Assembly (NCBI GenBank): GCA_030704615.1
Contig: CM060733.1
Location: forward strand, 48,236,001 to 48,300,000
DNA from: Takakia lepidozioides
Taxonomy: Eukaryota; Plantae; Bryophyta
Direction of reading: 5' to 3'
DNA length: 64,000 bases
Part shown: in pieces, positions 11,626 through 24,325 of the stretch
Layout of the letters: every line of letters starts with the position of its first letter
Position numbering within the stretch: the stretch's first letter is position 1
The notes under the pieces: generated by a model
What the model saw: only the letters and a program-made list of their open reading frames with translations
What the model was told of the DNA's origin: nothing
Databases searched by the model: none
Program-made: the position numbers and the translations under genes

Positions 11626-13974
11626 ATGTCTCTAAACTCTGGAAGGGTGAAAGTCATCACAGAACTCACGAGTTCCTGGTTTCCTGTTTTTGAGAGCTAC
11701 TTTCTGTCCCTCACCAAATTATTGATTGAAGGGCTATCATCTAGGGAATTCAGATTACTTTCAAGAAACATGAGCGAGAGAAGTTTTGGGAGATTAATCA
11801 ATTGGAGTTGCAAACTATTAAGATACAGTGATTTTCAGAGTACTATGCATGCCGGAAAGCCTATTTAGTGCTGGAAATTAAAGCACTTATAAACTCAGAC
11901 ATGCCAAACTGAGGCTTGCATGATGTGATAACATTGGACGCATTGCTCCTGCATGCAATAGCATTATCTAGATCCAAACAAGGGGCTTGCATGGAACTAT
12001 TAGCTGAGAGTACTCTAGATGAAGAAAGCTAACACAACGAAGAGTCTGAAGCCTTCTGGCAGTCCTGGCGTAACTCCATCCTTCCTTCCAGGGTGCAACA
12101 ACCTGTTGATCCATGGACGAGAATCGCCGCAGCTCCCTACACAAGTTCCCTACCCAAAACTTTTGCATCACTGATAACCTCCATCCCCAAAACTGCATCG
12201 CTGGTAGCCTCCACTGATCAAGGGACCGCTAGCTAGCCCTCCTCAACCCCTGCAGGCCACACCTTCACTGAGTCATCAACATAATCTTTGAACGAACTAA
12301 GAAATCGAGAGAGACGAGGAGTGACTCACAAGCCACAAAGCGCCACAAGTCGATCCCTCGGTGGTATCCATGAAACATTAGTGCGTCTGCAGCTTGTCTT
12401 GATATTTTCGTTTACTGGCTCTTTTTCCAAAGGTTCTTGCTACATGGCAGTGTGCCACCCTTTTACCGCGGGACAATGTTGTAGCCCCATTTGAACCCTA
12501 AGTCCCATTGGCAATGAGTCGCACGCAATTTTAAATAGGTTCCACATGGGCAGAATATATTAGAGTATTTTAGAGGTGCATCACAATCAATCAACCCGGC
12601 CGAGTGAAGAAAATCATATCCCTACCTTTCGGTGGACCATATTTTCTTGCAGGGCACGCAGCCGTGTTGCTCACCCAACAAAGGTGGATAGTATGTGCGA
12701 GCTACCTCTCTGTCGGTCAGTCGGTGCCTGATGTTAGCAATGGCCCCCCATGTTTTGAAGGGGGGCCCATTGTGTGATTTGTTTGTGCGGGTGTGATGTA
12801 AGTAAGGGGGAAGTCACTGGGCAGAGGTACTTCCGCCTTTTGAAGTTTGCGGAACGAGGCTGTAGCCCCGCGAGCAAGCAGATGAAGAATGCGGAAAGAC
12901 TCAATCATAAGAAGGAAAAAGGCAAGAAGTAAAAGAATAGGGAAAAAAAAAAAAAAAAAAAAAAAAAACCCAACCTTACACCAAAAATCTTGGCGTAAGA
13001 TATCTTACTGGGAATTTCCATGTAAGACCCCGGATAGGGAATTTATGCTCCAGAAGATCCCTAAAAACACAAAGAAAAAAAGCTGGAAAATCTTTTCGCG
13101 GGCGTGCTGTGAATAAATGCCCATGCTGAGCTGATACTTGGGTTCCCTACTAATTGTGGAGTTCATCACTAAAACTTGGTAGCCCAAAAATTAATTAATT
13201 AATTAATTATTAGAGAATAGGGGACAGTGGCCTTGATTAACTTTATTTAATAAGGTAAGGAAAAAATAACCTTAAATAGCCATGAAGGCAGAGAAACGAG
13301 GTTCCACTCCGAGCCACAGTATAGAAAGAGAGTGAAGAGGAAGCTAAGAAAAGATGTAGTGAGGGGGAGCAGTAAGAAGGAAGAAGGAGCAGCATAGGGG
13401 AAAAAACTACAGCAAGCAACAACCAACGGAAGAAGCTACCTAAATTACGAGCTAGCTCTCTTCTTTTTGGGAGCATCAAAAGAGAGTTGTCCCTTGGATT
13501 TACTCTTTCTAGAACTAGTACGCTTGTGTTTCCAATTAATTGCAGCTCGTCTTCAGCCACCAACGGGGAGGGCCTAGCATTGGCCGAGCTTCCAGTAGGG
13601 AGGGATGTTGTCTTCCCACCAAAACTCTTGAATCATACAGCCTTATGCAAAACACCCCCCCTTTTCCCCAGGAGCAGTCGAATTTTTCAAGAAGCTGATC
13701 ACGCCGTCTGCTGCCACACCTGGATAAAGCTAACACCACAGACAACCAAGATTTGCGAGCCTCAAATATCAAATCTTCAGGAATGAGCCATGTGCAGCAG
13801 TTTCTGCATGCTGGGTAGGGAATTTTGAAAGACAACCGAACAACGAACCTTCCAGATCTGCCATAAAAAGACACCACGAAGAGTATCACAAACAGGGCAA
13901 GAAGAGAGAATGATATCATCCTTGATGTTAAGAAGCATAGCAGCAGCAGAGAAGGGGAATTTTTTTTTAAAAAA

Positions 13975-15874
13975 TAGTTGCGACCGCCGCTACTGGTGGT
14001 CGCACAATTTGTATTTTGTTTTAATAGCTGCGACCACCAGCAGTGGGGTGGTCGCAACATTTTTCTTGTTTTTTAACAGTTGTGACCACCGCTAATGGTG
14101 GTCGCACAATTGTTTTTTTTAAATAGGTGCGACCACCAGCCGGTGGTGGTCGCAGAATTTTTTTCGTTTTTGTTATTAGGTGCGACCACTTAGGGGGGGT
14201 CGCACATTTTCTTTTTGTTTTTAAAAAGGTGCGACCACCAGCAGGGGGTGGTCGCAGCAGTTTTTTTGTTTTGTTATTAGCTGCGACACCCATAGGTGCG
14301 ACCGCTACCTGGACACGTGGCGAGGCGCGAATGGGCAGCAAAAACGGTCGCGCGCTGCTCAAGGCAGGCCTCTCCAGGCAGTACATAAGGGCCTACCCCC
14401 CATCCCAACCGATTTTTTTCTCTCTCTGTGAGTGCGGTTCTGGGGCTTCTTGGAGTTTCAACTTCGGTGGCCATGACTGAGCCGTGGGGAAGGAGTTTTT
14501 CCCTTTTTTTCTGGGACTGCGGGAGATAGTTTGCTTTGGGTACTATACCAATAGAGGGTGAGGAAATTGGTCCACTAGTATATAAGGTTATAAATAGTCT
14601 GGGTTTAGTTTTCTGATACGAAGCCGCGTCTATTCCGCAGAGTACTTTCATCATGTCCGGAAATATTACTTCGAATGCAGTGTCAGGGGGTTCCTCGGGA
14701 AGTGGGCGTAAAGGTAGGAAGCGTAAACATGCACATGAACGGGATAGTCAGGTCAACAAAAAATACTATCCAAGCGCAGAGGCCGCGAAGGTGGTGAAGC
14801 AAGTAGTGCTGGATTATTTGAAGGACAATGACATAATGTGTTTGAATCTTTTGTATGTTCGACATGGGAATGAGGGGTTCTTTAGATTCCAGCATAATAT
14901 GGAGATGAGAATGAGGGAGGCTTTGGCCGGGGATGAATGGGAGGAAGACAGGGCGAAGTTCCAGTTCACGAAATGGATGGAGGACCGGCCCCATGATGCC
15001 ACATAGAATCTGAGGCAAACCATGTACAAGTTTGTTACGAGAACACCTGTAGCTGAAGGTCGCATGTCAACTTCGGAGAAGGAGTTGTTTGTGCTTGTGG
15101 ATTGGTGGTCTGACATGGCAAAGGCCCACGCCAAACGACGTACGAAACCACTCCCATGAAAGGCAGGGTCCTCGTCCGCGGATGCGGCATTGAACGTGAG
15201 ATACATATCCACAAACGCACAAGTAAAATAACTCGACGCGCCCAAACAGGGAAGGTATGGTACAATTCGGAGGGTTAGAACTGTTGGGGATCAATTCATT
15301 CCTCCATCCTGGGAGCTAGCAGGGAAACAAATGTTGAGCTTGCTAAAGTCCAACATAACAATGAGGCGTTGGTTGTAAAGTTCCATCGTTTCGGCATCAT
15401 AAAGTATTTTGCGTTGCATCCACGTCGAAATGAAGGTTACACACATTGGTGGAATGAGGGGACCATACGATCATGGTTAAGTATTGACAGGAAATGGGGG
15501 AATGATCGGGATAACAGGGAGTTAATGGAACGACGGGGGACGGAGCAGAAATGTAGGAGGTCAACCGACTGGTTCGATTCCGATAGAATCGCACCCAATT
15601 GGCATGGGCGCTTTTGCACATCATGCTCAACGTCCGTAATCACCACCTCTTGCACAACGACATGTCCCCCAACAACATCTTGTTGCATTTTTCCACAAGG
15701 GTCTGAAGATGTGTACATCGGGGTATGCGATTGGGGGATGGCCTCCATGACGGATGACCCAAAAACCACGTTGTACATTTTCGAGAGTAGAGACAAGATG
15801 ATAAAGACTCTCGCACATAGATGGTGGATTGCACCTAAAATTGCAATTGTTCATAATGTAGCCAACAACCAGTC
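13975..15874 (+). repeat. ~1.9-kb direct duplication of 23550-25561 (GCGACCACC/GGTGGTCGC repeat array plus kinase gene)
   Basis: Near-identical sequence and translated ORFs (MSGNITSNAVSGGSSGSGRK.. vs MSGNVALNAVSGGSSGSGRK..); this copy is truncated after ...AACAACCAGTC. Confidence 0.9.
14653..15874 (+). pseudogene. Protein kinase-like pseudogene, copy a (TE cargo)
   Basis: GRYGTIRRV glycine loop, ELAGK, HNDMSPNNILL, IGVCDWG, WWIAPK; internal stops and frameshifts; 3' truncated. Confidence 0.75.
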
Positions 15875-16079
15875 CAGGGATGCCTCGGCATGAGCCTGGT
15901 CACGTGAACGCGTGAGCGCAACTGCGCTCACGCCACGTCACCTTGCGCCAATGCCACGTCACGGGGCTCACTCCACGTCATCACACGTGAAGGCCGCGTC
16001 ACCACGCGCCCAGAAAGAAGTGGAGTGTATTCCCGCGGATTGGCACCCTTTACCGCGGAAACAAGCTGGACGACATAAT

Positions 16080-16450
16080 AAAAGGCATTGAATAAAGGAT
16101 GGATGAATATACAGTTGGATGATAAACAGATGGATGAGTGTGAAAAATGAATGTAGATGAATGAATGAGGGATGGATAAGAGTAAAATGGATGAATGTAC
16201 AATGGATGTTGAGCAATGACAAAAATTCATGACAGGAAGATGCATGACCAAAACTCTTGACAAATGCACAACGTATATGAAATGAGTGTGGAAGGTTTAT
16301 GGGGTGGATTAAAGAGTACAGAGGATGAATGTACAATGGATGTTGAACAAAGGAAAAAATTCATGAATGGAGCACGCATGAATACACTGTAGATGAATGC
16401 ACAATGGATATGAGAAGAGTCAGGGAGGTTTGTGAGATGGATTCATACAT
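16080..16450. repeat. Degenerate tandem repeat (GGATGAATGTACAATGGAT core, ~130-bp period)
   Basis: Core recurs near 16190, 16323 and 16390. Confidence 0.55.
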
Positions 16451-16956
16451 ATTGCAATTTAAATGAAAGTTGATTCTGTGATTATTATTTGTTCTAAAGG
16501 AACAACTACGGTGGAGGAAGGGGATTCAACGTTTTCCAGATAGTATGAAAATGAATATTAAAAGAATATAGTTCAATCTGACTCAGAGTCAGTACAATGT
16601 ATCCCCGCTTCCTCTGCATCTAAGTCTAAGTATTTTAGAACACCGGATCCACGCTGGATACACCTACGGCTGGGCACTAAAAAGTCAGGGGATAGGGACT
16701 CGGCCGCGTGAAGTGCCATTGCTTTGGCATAAACAGGAAGCAGAAAATTGGAAAGGGGGCTGTCGAAAACAGACTTGCCAGAAATGACTGTATCTCATGA
16801 AGATCCAACGTTGCCTTTCCTGAAAGACAGCCTGAAAAAGTTAAAACTGTAACTTTGATGTTATTGAGAAATTGAGTATGGCTCCCAAAGAGGGTTTAGC
16901 ACTTACTCACATGAAAAGTCGTTGTCGACCTGCTTATCTTCGGGATCGTCATCATT

Positions 16957-19905
16957 TCAAATTTGAATCCGATCAGTCTGTGTGCCTGAAGTGGAGCCAG
17001 ACAAAAGGGGGAGGAGCACTGTGTTGTAGAGGTCAGAATCACCCTCCATGCCAAAAAGGCTTCTTCCGCCTGCCTTGCATGCATGGTAAGTTGCTCCTGC
17101 ACCAGACAGGAGGACATGAACAGTTTGGTGGGGGGGATTTAAGCAGATGAAACTGTTGAAAGAAAACCAATTCGGAAGGGAAAGAACGAACCTCTGGACA
17201 CAGAAAGATCGACCACCCGTGCAGAGCGGTGGCTGCATGACTCCAGCAGTATTTGCATGAACGCTGGGGACTTTTCCATTGTACCTCTCCAGGGAGTGCC
17301 ATCTGGTCTTTTCAGAGTCTGACTGGACTGCATGAAGTTATACAAAATGTCATCGACATGGGGCTCATAGGGGAGGTTGACGAAACAACCCTGGTCAGAA
17401 ATCTTAAAGCTGCGGATGGAGGATGGTGTCTTTGAGGTGCGAATCCTCCGCAGGCAGATCGCCTCGAACATCCTCGTCTGCCAAAAATAGCAGGTTATTG
17501 TGGCAAACACAATCTATAGTGGAAGTGTGTACATCGGCTATTCAGAACTCAGAAAATCATTTTTATCACGAATCGGTGATGATCGGTGTCGATCATAACA
17601 GATTCTACTAGAGTGGAGCTGCAGAGAACATTGAAACTCATCATGAAAGCACAAGCAGAAGGGAGACAGCATACGAGCTGACCAGGGAAACCCCCTTTCA
17701 CAAGGTAGAGGCTGTTCACACAATTCCATGTGCGCAAAATTTCAAACCCTGAAGACTTGAGGTATGATGCCAATGCCCGACGACTATCATTGTCACATGA
17801 CTGAAAAAGCAGAAGTGTCCCTGCATCAGAGAGGAAGTTATTACAGAACCCGAACACCCAACTCCAGTAGTTGTCCTCAAATTTATTCCAGCCTGGCGTC
17901 TTGCCCTTTGGAAGAACTTCTGGCACAGCCTGGCCATCCGGGATGTCAAGAATGACAATGTCAGCCGCATAAGTTTTTTGCACACCGCACACGAAGGTGG
18001 GACCTGTGCTCACCTGCAACAGACATGTTTTTTATAAGAACGATGGCAAGAATGTTTTCAAAGAACGAGACTGAAATACTGCCAACGAAACTTTCAGAGA
18101 AAAAGGAAAGAAACTGGAATTCTCACCAGATTGAGGAATGAGATTATATTGTCCCAGGTAGGCGAAGGCACCCCAATATATCCTCTCTTTCGACTCTGCA
18201 TCATCGACAGCCAACCCTCATTAACAATTTTCATCTCTCCTGCCGAATCAGAACGGGAAGGGTGTGGCTTGGCATCGAACACGCACTGAACAGTGCGGGT
18301 ATATCTTCCAGCAGTAAAGTCCTGCCCACTCTTCATCTCCTTTTCTTTCTCCTTCCCCTTGTCATTTTCCTTCTCTTTAGACTTGTCTTTGTCCTTTGGC
18401 TTTGCTGGTGAGATGGCTATGACATCAACAGCCTTGTCTTTTGGTTTGCGGCCCGCCTTCTTTCCCTTCTGCGGCGTTCCCTGAGCATCAGGCTCCTTGG
18501 CAGCCAATGTTGCTATGTTTCGTTGGTACTCTTCGTCAGTCAAAGGCGCTAGCATCTCAGCGTTATTGTTCAAGTATTTCATATGTTGTTCTTGAAAGGT
18601 CGTGTGCTCCGGTGGGCAGTCAAGGTACCACCCACAGTCTCTGAAGTGAGAAGGACTCCAATCCTTCAATATCCCTGCAGTATACATGGTTGGATCGTTT
18701 GCAGGGTCCGACCACATGTCAAGATAGTCTGGAATTCCGCTCAGGTGATTTCCTTCCATAAGCACATATTTCGTGTACCTGAAAAAAAGGAGATAAATCC
18801 CAACCCACAAAAGCGCTCAGTGAGTAAGATGCAAGTAGAACAGAATGAAAAAAACATAGATTGAAATGGCTCTGAGAACTGCTCCAAGGACCTTTCAGGA
18901 CCACACGACTGCTCCAGATGTGAATGTCGTCAACGCCATTCAAAACATTCCATTCAATGATACTGTAAATACACCCTAATCCAGGTGAATGCAAACTATC
19001 GTTTTGGAATGACACAGACATAGAAGTGAATGTCGTCAACGACATTCACTTTGGATTTGTGAATACACTCCTAATCAAGCCTAATTATTCCTCAAATGAA
19101 GCAAAATCAAAGGATGGAAATCATAAACTCGAGTAAGGACCCTCCCGGAAAACTCAATGCACATTCATAATGAACATATCACTGAGGACCTCACATCAAC
19201 ACTGTATGTGAATGACGTCAACGTCATTCACAAAAATACCAACAATGAACCAATTACTTAGCTCCCAATCCATGTAAATTCAAATTGTCGCTGGTGAATA
19301 ATACAGACACAGAAGTGAATGTCGTCAACGACATTCACTTTGGATTTCTCATAACAGAGCTTATCAAGCCTCCAGATTCCTCGCAAGAGGCAAAAACAAT
19401 GCAGAACAACTAAATGTCTGCATTGACATTCAGCAAAATGAAGTGAGGAACCCTCACTGTAACCTCTATGGACATTACAAAAATTTACATAACTCTGAGG
19501 ACCTCTCAACAACTCCGGATGTGAATGTCGTCAACGCCATTCAAGGTCATTATCAATTCTAATCAGGGACACTATAATTACACCCTTAGATCCTAACCAT
19601 GTGAATTCATATACTCGCTTAAGAATGACTCAGACAAAGAAGTGAATGTCGTCAACGACATTCAATCTGGATCTATGATTGCAATCCTTATGAAGCCACA
19701 TTATTTCCCAAAAAAAGCAGTAGAGTTTCAAGTATGACATTGCACCTGTACACAACTCGCATCATGGCCCACTCTCCTCCAACCTGACTGTCAAAGTCGT
19801 TGGACCGTAAAATGTTACCATCTTTGGAGAACTCCCGGAAAAAACAGTATCTCCAGGTGAGACCTCTCCACTTCCTTATGTATGCCTCCAATGACATTTG
19901 GGGAG
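16957..19905 (-). CDS. Spliced beta-class amino-(N4C/N6A) DNA methyltransferase-like gene, 5' end removed by the Gypsy fragment. Exons ~19905-19746, 18778-18127, 18013-17675, 17477-17192, 17096-16957
   Basis: GT-AG introns join in frame (phases 2,0,0,1) to give ADIVILDIPDG (motif IV-like), FLSDAGTLLLF, WRGTMEKSPAFMQILLESCS (motif X-like) and VVDLSVSRG|ATYHACKAGGRSLFGME (motif I/II-like). Confidence 0.62.
18900..19680. repeat. Intronic degenerate tandem repeat with near-palindromic core GTGAATGTCGTCAACGACATTCA
   Basis: Core at about 18919, 19026, 19208, 19314, 19520 and 19642. Confidence 0.75.
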
Positions 19906-19908
19906 GGG

Positions 19909-22900
19909 AGTGTTGCGGTTGAGGAGCATGAGAGACACCTTCAGGTGGTTTTTTAGCGCTTGAGAGCGCACGGGTTGAAACTGCACCCCGGAAAGTGCAA
20001 GTTCTTCCATAATCAGATTGAGTATCTGGGCCACATGATATACCCTGGAGGATTGGGTGTTCAACAAACAAAGATGGAGGCCATTGCATGCATTCCACGC
20101 CCCATGGATGTGAGCAAAGTTCGTGTTTTCATGGGATTGGCAAACTACTATCGACAGTTTGTCAAGGGATTTAGTAGCATTGCAAAGGTTCTTACCAAGT
20201 TGACCAAGGTGGGTCAGGAGTGGCAATGGGAGGAGGAGCAGGAGAAAGTTTTTGAGGAACTCAAGGCTCGATTGACTTTTACACCTATTCTAAGGCGGCC
20301 TATTCGGGGGCGGTATTTCCAGCTACATACGGATTGGAGTATGCTGGGGATTGGAACAGTGCTCACACAGGTGGATGATAAGGGAAGAGAGTTCGTAGTG
20401 GTATATGATAGCCGCTCGAACAATGATGCCGAGGCGAAGTATAATTCCTATGAAGGGGAATGTCTAGCTGTAGTATGGGCAGTGGCACATTTTAGATGCT
20501 ACCTCTATGGCAATCTCTTCACCCTTGTCACGGATCACCAACCATTGAAGTGGTTGATGGAGTCAGACAAGCTTACATGGAAGCTTGCACGGTGGGCACT
20601 TATGCTTCAAGAGTACGACTTCCAAGTGGTGCATCGAGCCGGAATAGTCAACCGGGATGCGGATGGATTGAGTCGCAATCCATGCACAAGTGAGCTTGAT
20701 GATACAGGAGCTCGTTGGCATGGTGAGACGGACGAGGAGATGGTGCCAGGATAGCACGCATCTGCCTTTTTTATGCATTCTAGCAATGGGAGCTCAAGCT
20801 CGTCCATCCCATGTGATTGGTCATAGAGATAGTGTGTATGCCGATCAAGAGATCAGTAAGGAGCTTGGTGATGCTCAGGATGTACATGAAGATGCAGCAG
20901 TGTTGGCCTACCTTCGTACTGGAGAGACAGCAGCCAGTGTGACTACTAAGGAGAGAGATCGGATCCTACAACGAGCCAAGAGGTTCAAGTGGGAGGGGAC
21001 TCACCTACTCCGAGTATGGGAGGATGGACGAGTGAGGATTGTGCCTCATCCAACACAGCGAGCGCGATTGGTACGCCATGCCCATGAGGAGTTGGGACAT
21101 TTCGGGGTGCGACGCACTCATAGTTTGCTACAAGGACAGTATTGGTGGCGGGGCATGCACACGGATGTGCAACAGTTAGTGGCAAGGCGCATGGTGTGTG
21201 ATAGAGTGCGGGCTTCTTTCAACGCCCCTACTCCACAATTGCATCATTTACCCATTATGGGTTTAGGCTATCGTTGGAGTCTTGACTTCGCAGGCCCATT
21301 GCCACTGACGATTTGCCATAACAAGTATGTGCTGGTGATGGTAGAACATTTCTCCAAATGGATTGAACTGGTGGCATTGCCTGACAAGGCAAGTGAGGGG
21401 GCTACGTATGCATTCTTAGATCGAGTGCTTAGCCAATTTGGTGCTCCAGCCGAGGTACTCACGGACCAGGGGAGATCATCCCGAGGCTGATGGCTTGGCC
21501 GAGAGGGTTGTGCAAACAGTCAAACGAGGCTTGCCCAAGTATGGCTTGCAGAAGGGACACTTGGGAGATTGGGACCTTCAGCTACATTGGTTGGCCATGG
21601 GCTACAGGTTTAACAAGCAAGCATCACTTGCCTCGTTCTCGCCTTATTTCCTTCTCTTTGGCCGAGAGCCAAATTTGTCTGCATCTATTCGTAGGGAGAC
21701 TACAACAGTCCTCAACCTTGATGATCCGGATGTGTGGACACAAGCATATGCCCAGCGGGCAGAGTTGTTCAAGAGAGTCATGCCTATGGCTTTTGAGAAC
21801 CTTGCTATTGCCCAACACCGAAACACATTGCGGTACGCCACTATACGTGGAGGGGGATATCGGCCAGGTGTTCGGCATTTCCATCCTGGGGACTATGTGT
21901 ATCTGCAGCAGACAACGCCTACAACCTTGGATGTCACAGCAGGTCGTGTGATTCTAAGGGTCCGGGAGATGTTGCCTTCAGGAGTGTTGATTCTGGAGGG
22001 TCGAGATGGCATGGTATGGAAGGACCATGTGCGCAATTGTGCACCATGTCACCTTCTACATGTGGATGGGAGGATAGATCCCAACCTTGCAGTGGTACCT
22101 GTAGGGTTGCGTTGCATGCTGGTGGTGCCGCGACCATGTTGGTGTGTGACAAATGGAGCGACCGCCAAGGTGGCGGTCGCTTCTACGAGGTCTTCCCTGC
22201 GCATGGAGCGAGGAATGAGGCGGGGGGGGGGCATATAAGCTCCGAGTCATTCTTCATTCACTTCCATTACTAGCAGTTTTTGTTTTTACAAAATGCAGCG
22301 ACCGCCATTTCTGGCGATCATTGTAATGGTTATTTTTTAAAATGCAGCAACCACCACACATGGGATGCTTGACACCGCCACTTGAGGAGGTTTCTAGTGG
22401 AGAATGGTTGTGTCCACGATGCCTTGGATAGAGGTAGTGGGGCATGACAGTGGTGAGGTTGACAAGTGATCCAAGGTCTAGCTAACGGGAGTTCAATGCC
22501 ATGGACACCCAATTGGAGCCATGGATTGCAGGAAGACGAGTAACGATGGGGCTACTTTTGTACCCGACCTCTTGATCTATTGCCTTCAGATACTGGGACT
22601 TGGGCGATTGATGACCAAGCGATGATCTTATTGGGATAGATATTTGTCAATTATCCGGTGTTAGAGGGACCTAATCACCAGCTAGGGGGGCGATTGTGGT
22701 ATAGTTTTCTAGGATTGTATGCTTAGATTGCGTGGTGGACAACGATGTATGTTGTGGCACGATGCTTAGGTGCACGACAGCTGTCATGGTTTTAGTCATG
22801 GTTATCTAGAATTACCTACTTCTAGTTAATTAGGATATTTTAGATATTTATATTTATATTTTGTGTGTTGGGACTTCATTTGGTCTCACATGCCAAGTGA

Positions 22901-23219
22901 GGTATCGAGCCTCACTTGGGACATGGGGATAGGTTTTCCCCTTGTGAGGATGGAGGAGGTTCATCTTCTTGTAGTTGAGCCTCCATGAGCCTCTCTCACC
23001 TCCATAGCTCTAGGTATTGAGAGAGAGTGTGGTGAGGGCTTTGTAGGGTGGATTCCCTTAGCAAGGGTGCCTTTGGCTTAACTTAGTTTATGTGATTGAG
23101 TGGATTCATGAATGGAGGGTTTCTATTATGTTCACTTCCATTATCATTGTGGTATAGCTTTCTAGGATTGCGTGGTGGATAACGATGTATGTTGTGGCAC
23201 GATGCTTAGGTGCACAACA
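19909..23219 (+). mobile_element. 5'-truncated Ty3/Gypsy copy 2, a divergent subfamily of the same family
   Basis: RT C-terminus, RNase H, integrase (internal deletion at ~21470) and PHD interrupted by a ~200-bp insert (22152-22355); PPT GCTAGGGGGGCGAT; terminus A1(22695-22779)-GC-B(22782-23146)-T-A2(23148-23219). Confidence 0.93.
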
Positions 23220-24325
23220 GGGTGCATTGCAGCATCGTTGTCATTAAATTCATATAAGTCATGTGGAGGATTGTCAACATCATCGGCGTTGACGCGTCAG
23301 CGTCACATCCGACGTCAGCGACGAACGTGCGTCACGTCACGTCCTAAACCGACGTTACTGTACATAAATATGTTTATTTTTTTACTTTACTATTGACTAT
23401 TTACTATGAGAACCGACGTGGCAACCGATGTGGCCTCATACGTGGACTTCATTAATTATCTATAAAATTCATATATTATGATTTATATTGTGAATCATGC
23501 GACCGTCAGCAAAGGTTGGTCGGACAAATTTTTATTTTTTTTAAATAAGTGCGACCACCAGAAGGGGGTGGTCGCAAATTTTTTCTTATTTTTTAAATGG
23601 GTCCGACCACCAGCAGGTCGTGGTCCCAGCATTTTCAATTTTTTTAATAGGTGCGACCACAAGCACAGGGTGGTCGCACATTTTTTCTTTTTTTAAAATT
23701 GGGTGTGACCACCAGCAGGTGTTGGTCGCAATTAAAAAAAAAAAAAAAAAAGTGCGACCACCAGCAGAGGATGGTCGCACATTTTTAATTAATTTTTAAA
23801 TGGGTGAGACCACCAGCAGGGGATGGTCGCACATTTTTAATTATTTTTTAAATGGGTGCGACCACCAGCCGGTGGTGGTCGCAGACTTTTTCTTTTTTGT
23901 TATTAGGTGCGACCGCTTATGGGGGGTCGCACATTTTCTTTTTGTTATTAGGTACGACCGCTCCCAGGACACGTGGCGAGGCGTGAATGGGCAGCAGAGG
24001 CGGTCGCACGTCAGGCCTCTCCAGGCAGTATATAAGGGCCTACCCCTCATTCCCAACCCACTTTTTTCCCTCTCTGTGAGTGCGGTTCTGGGGCTTCTTG
24101 GAGTTTGAACTTCGGTGGCCAGGACTGAGCATGGGAGGGGGGAGAAAGTGGATTTGTGTGGGGGAAGAGTTTTTGCCTTTTTTTCCTGGAACTGCGGGAG
24201 AGTTTGCTTTGGGTACTATACCAATAGAGGGTGAGGAAATTGGTCTGCTAGTATATAAGGTTATCAATAGTTTGGGTTTAGTTTTCCGTTATGAAGCCGC
24301 GTATATTCTGCAGAGTACTTTCATC

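Noticed and set aside
13980-14290. Coding ORFs such as RPPPAGGR repeats
   Set aside because: Translations of a non-coding palindromic repeat array
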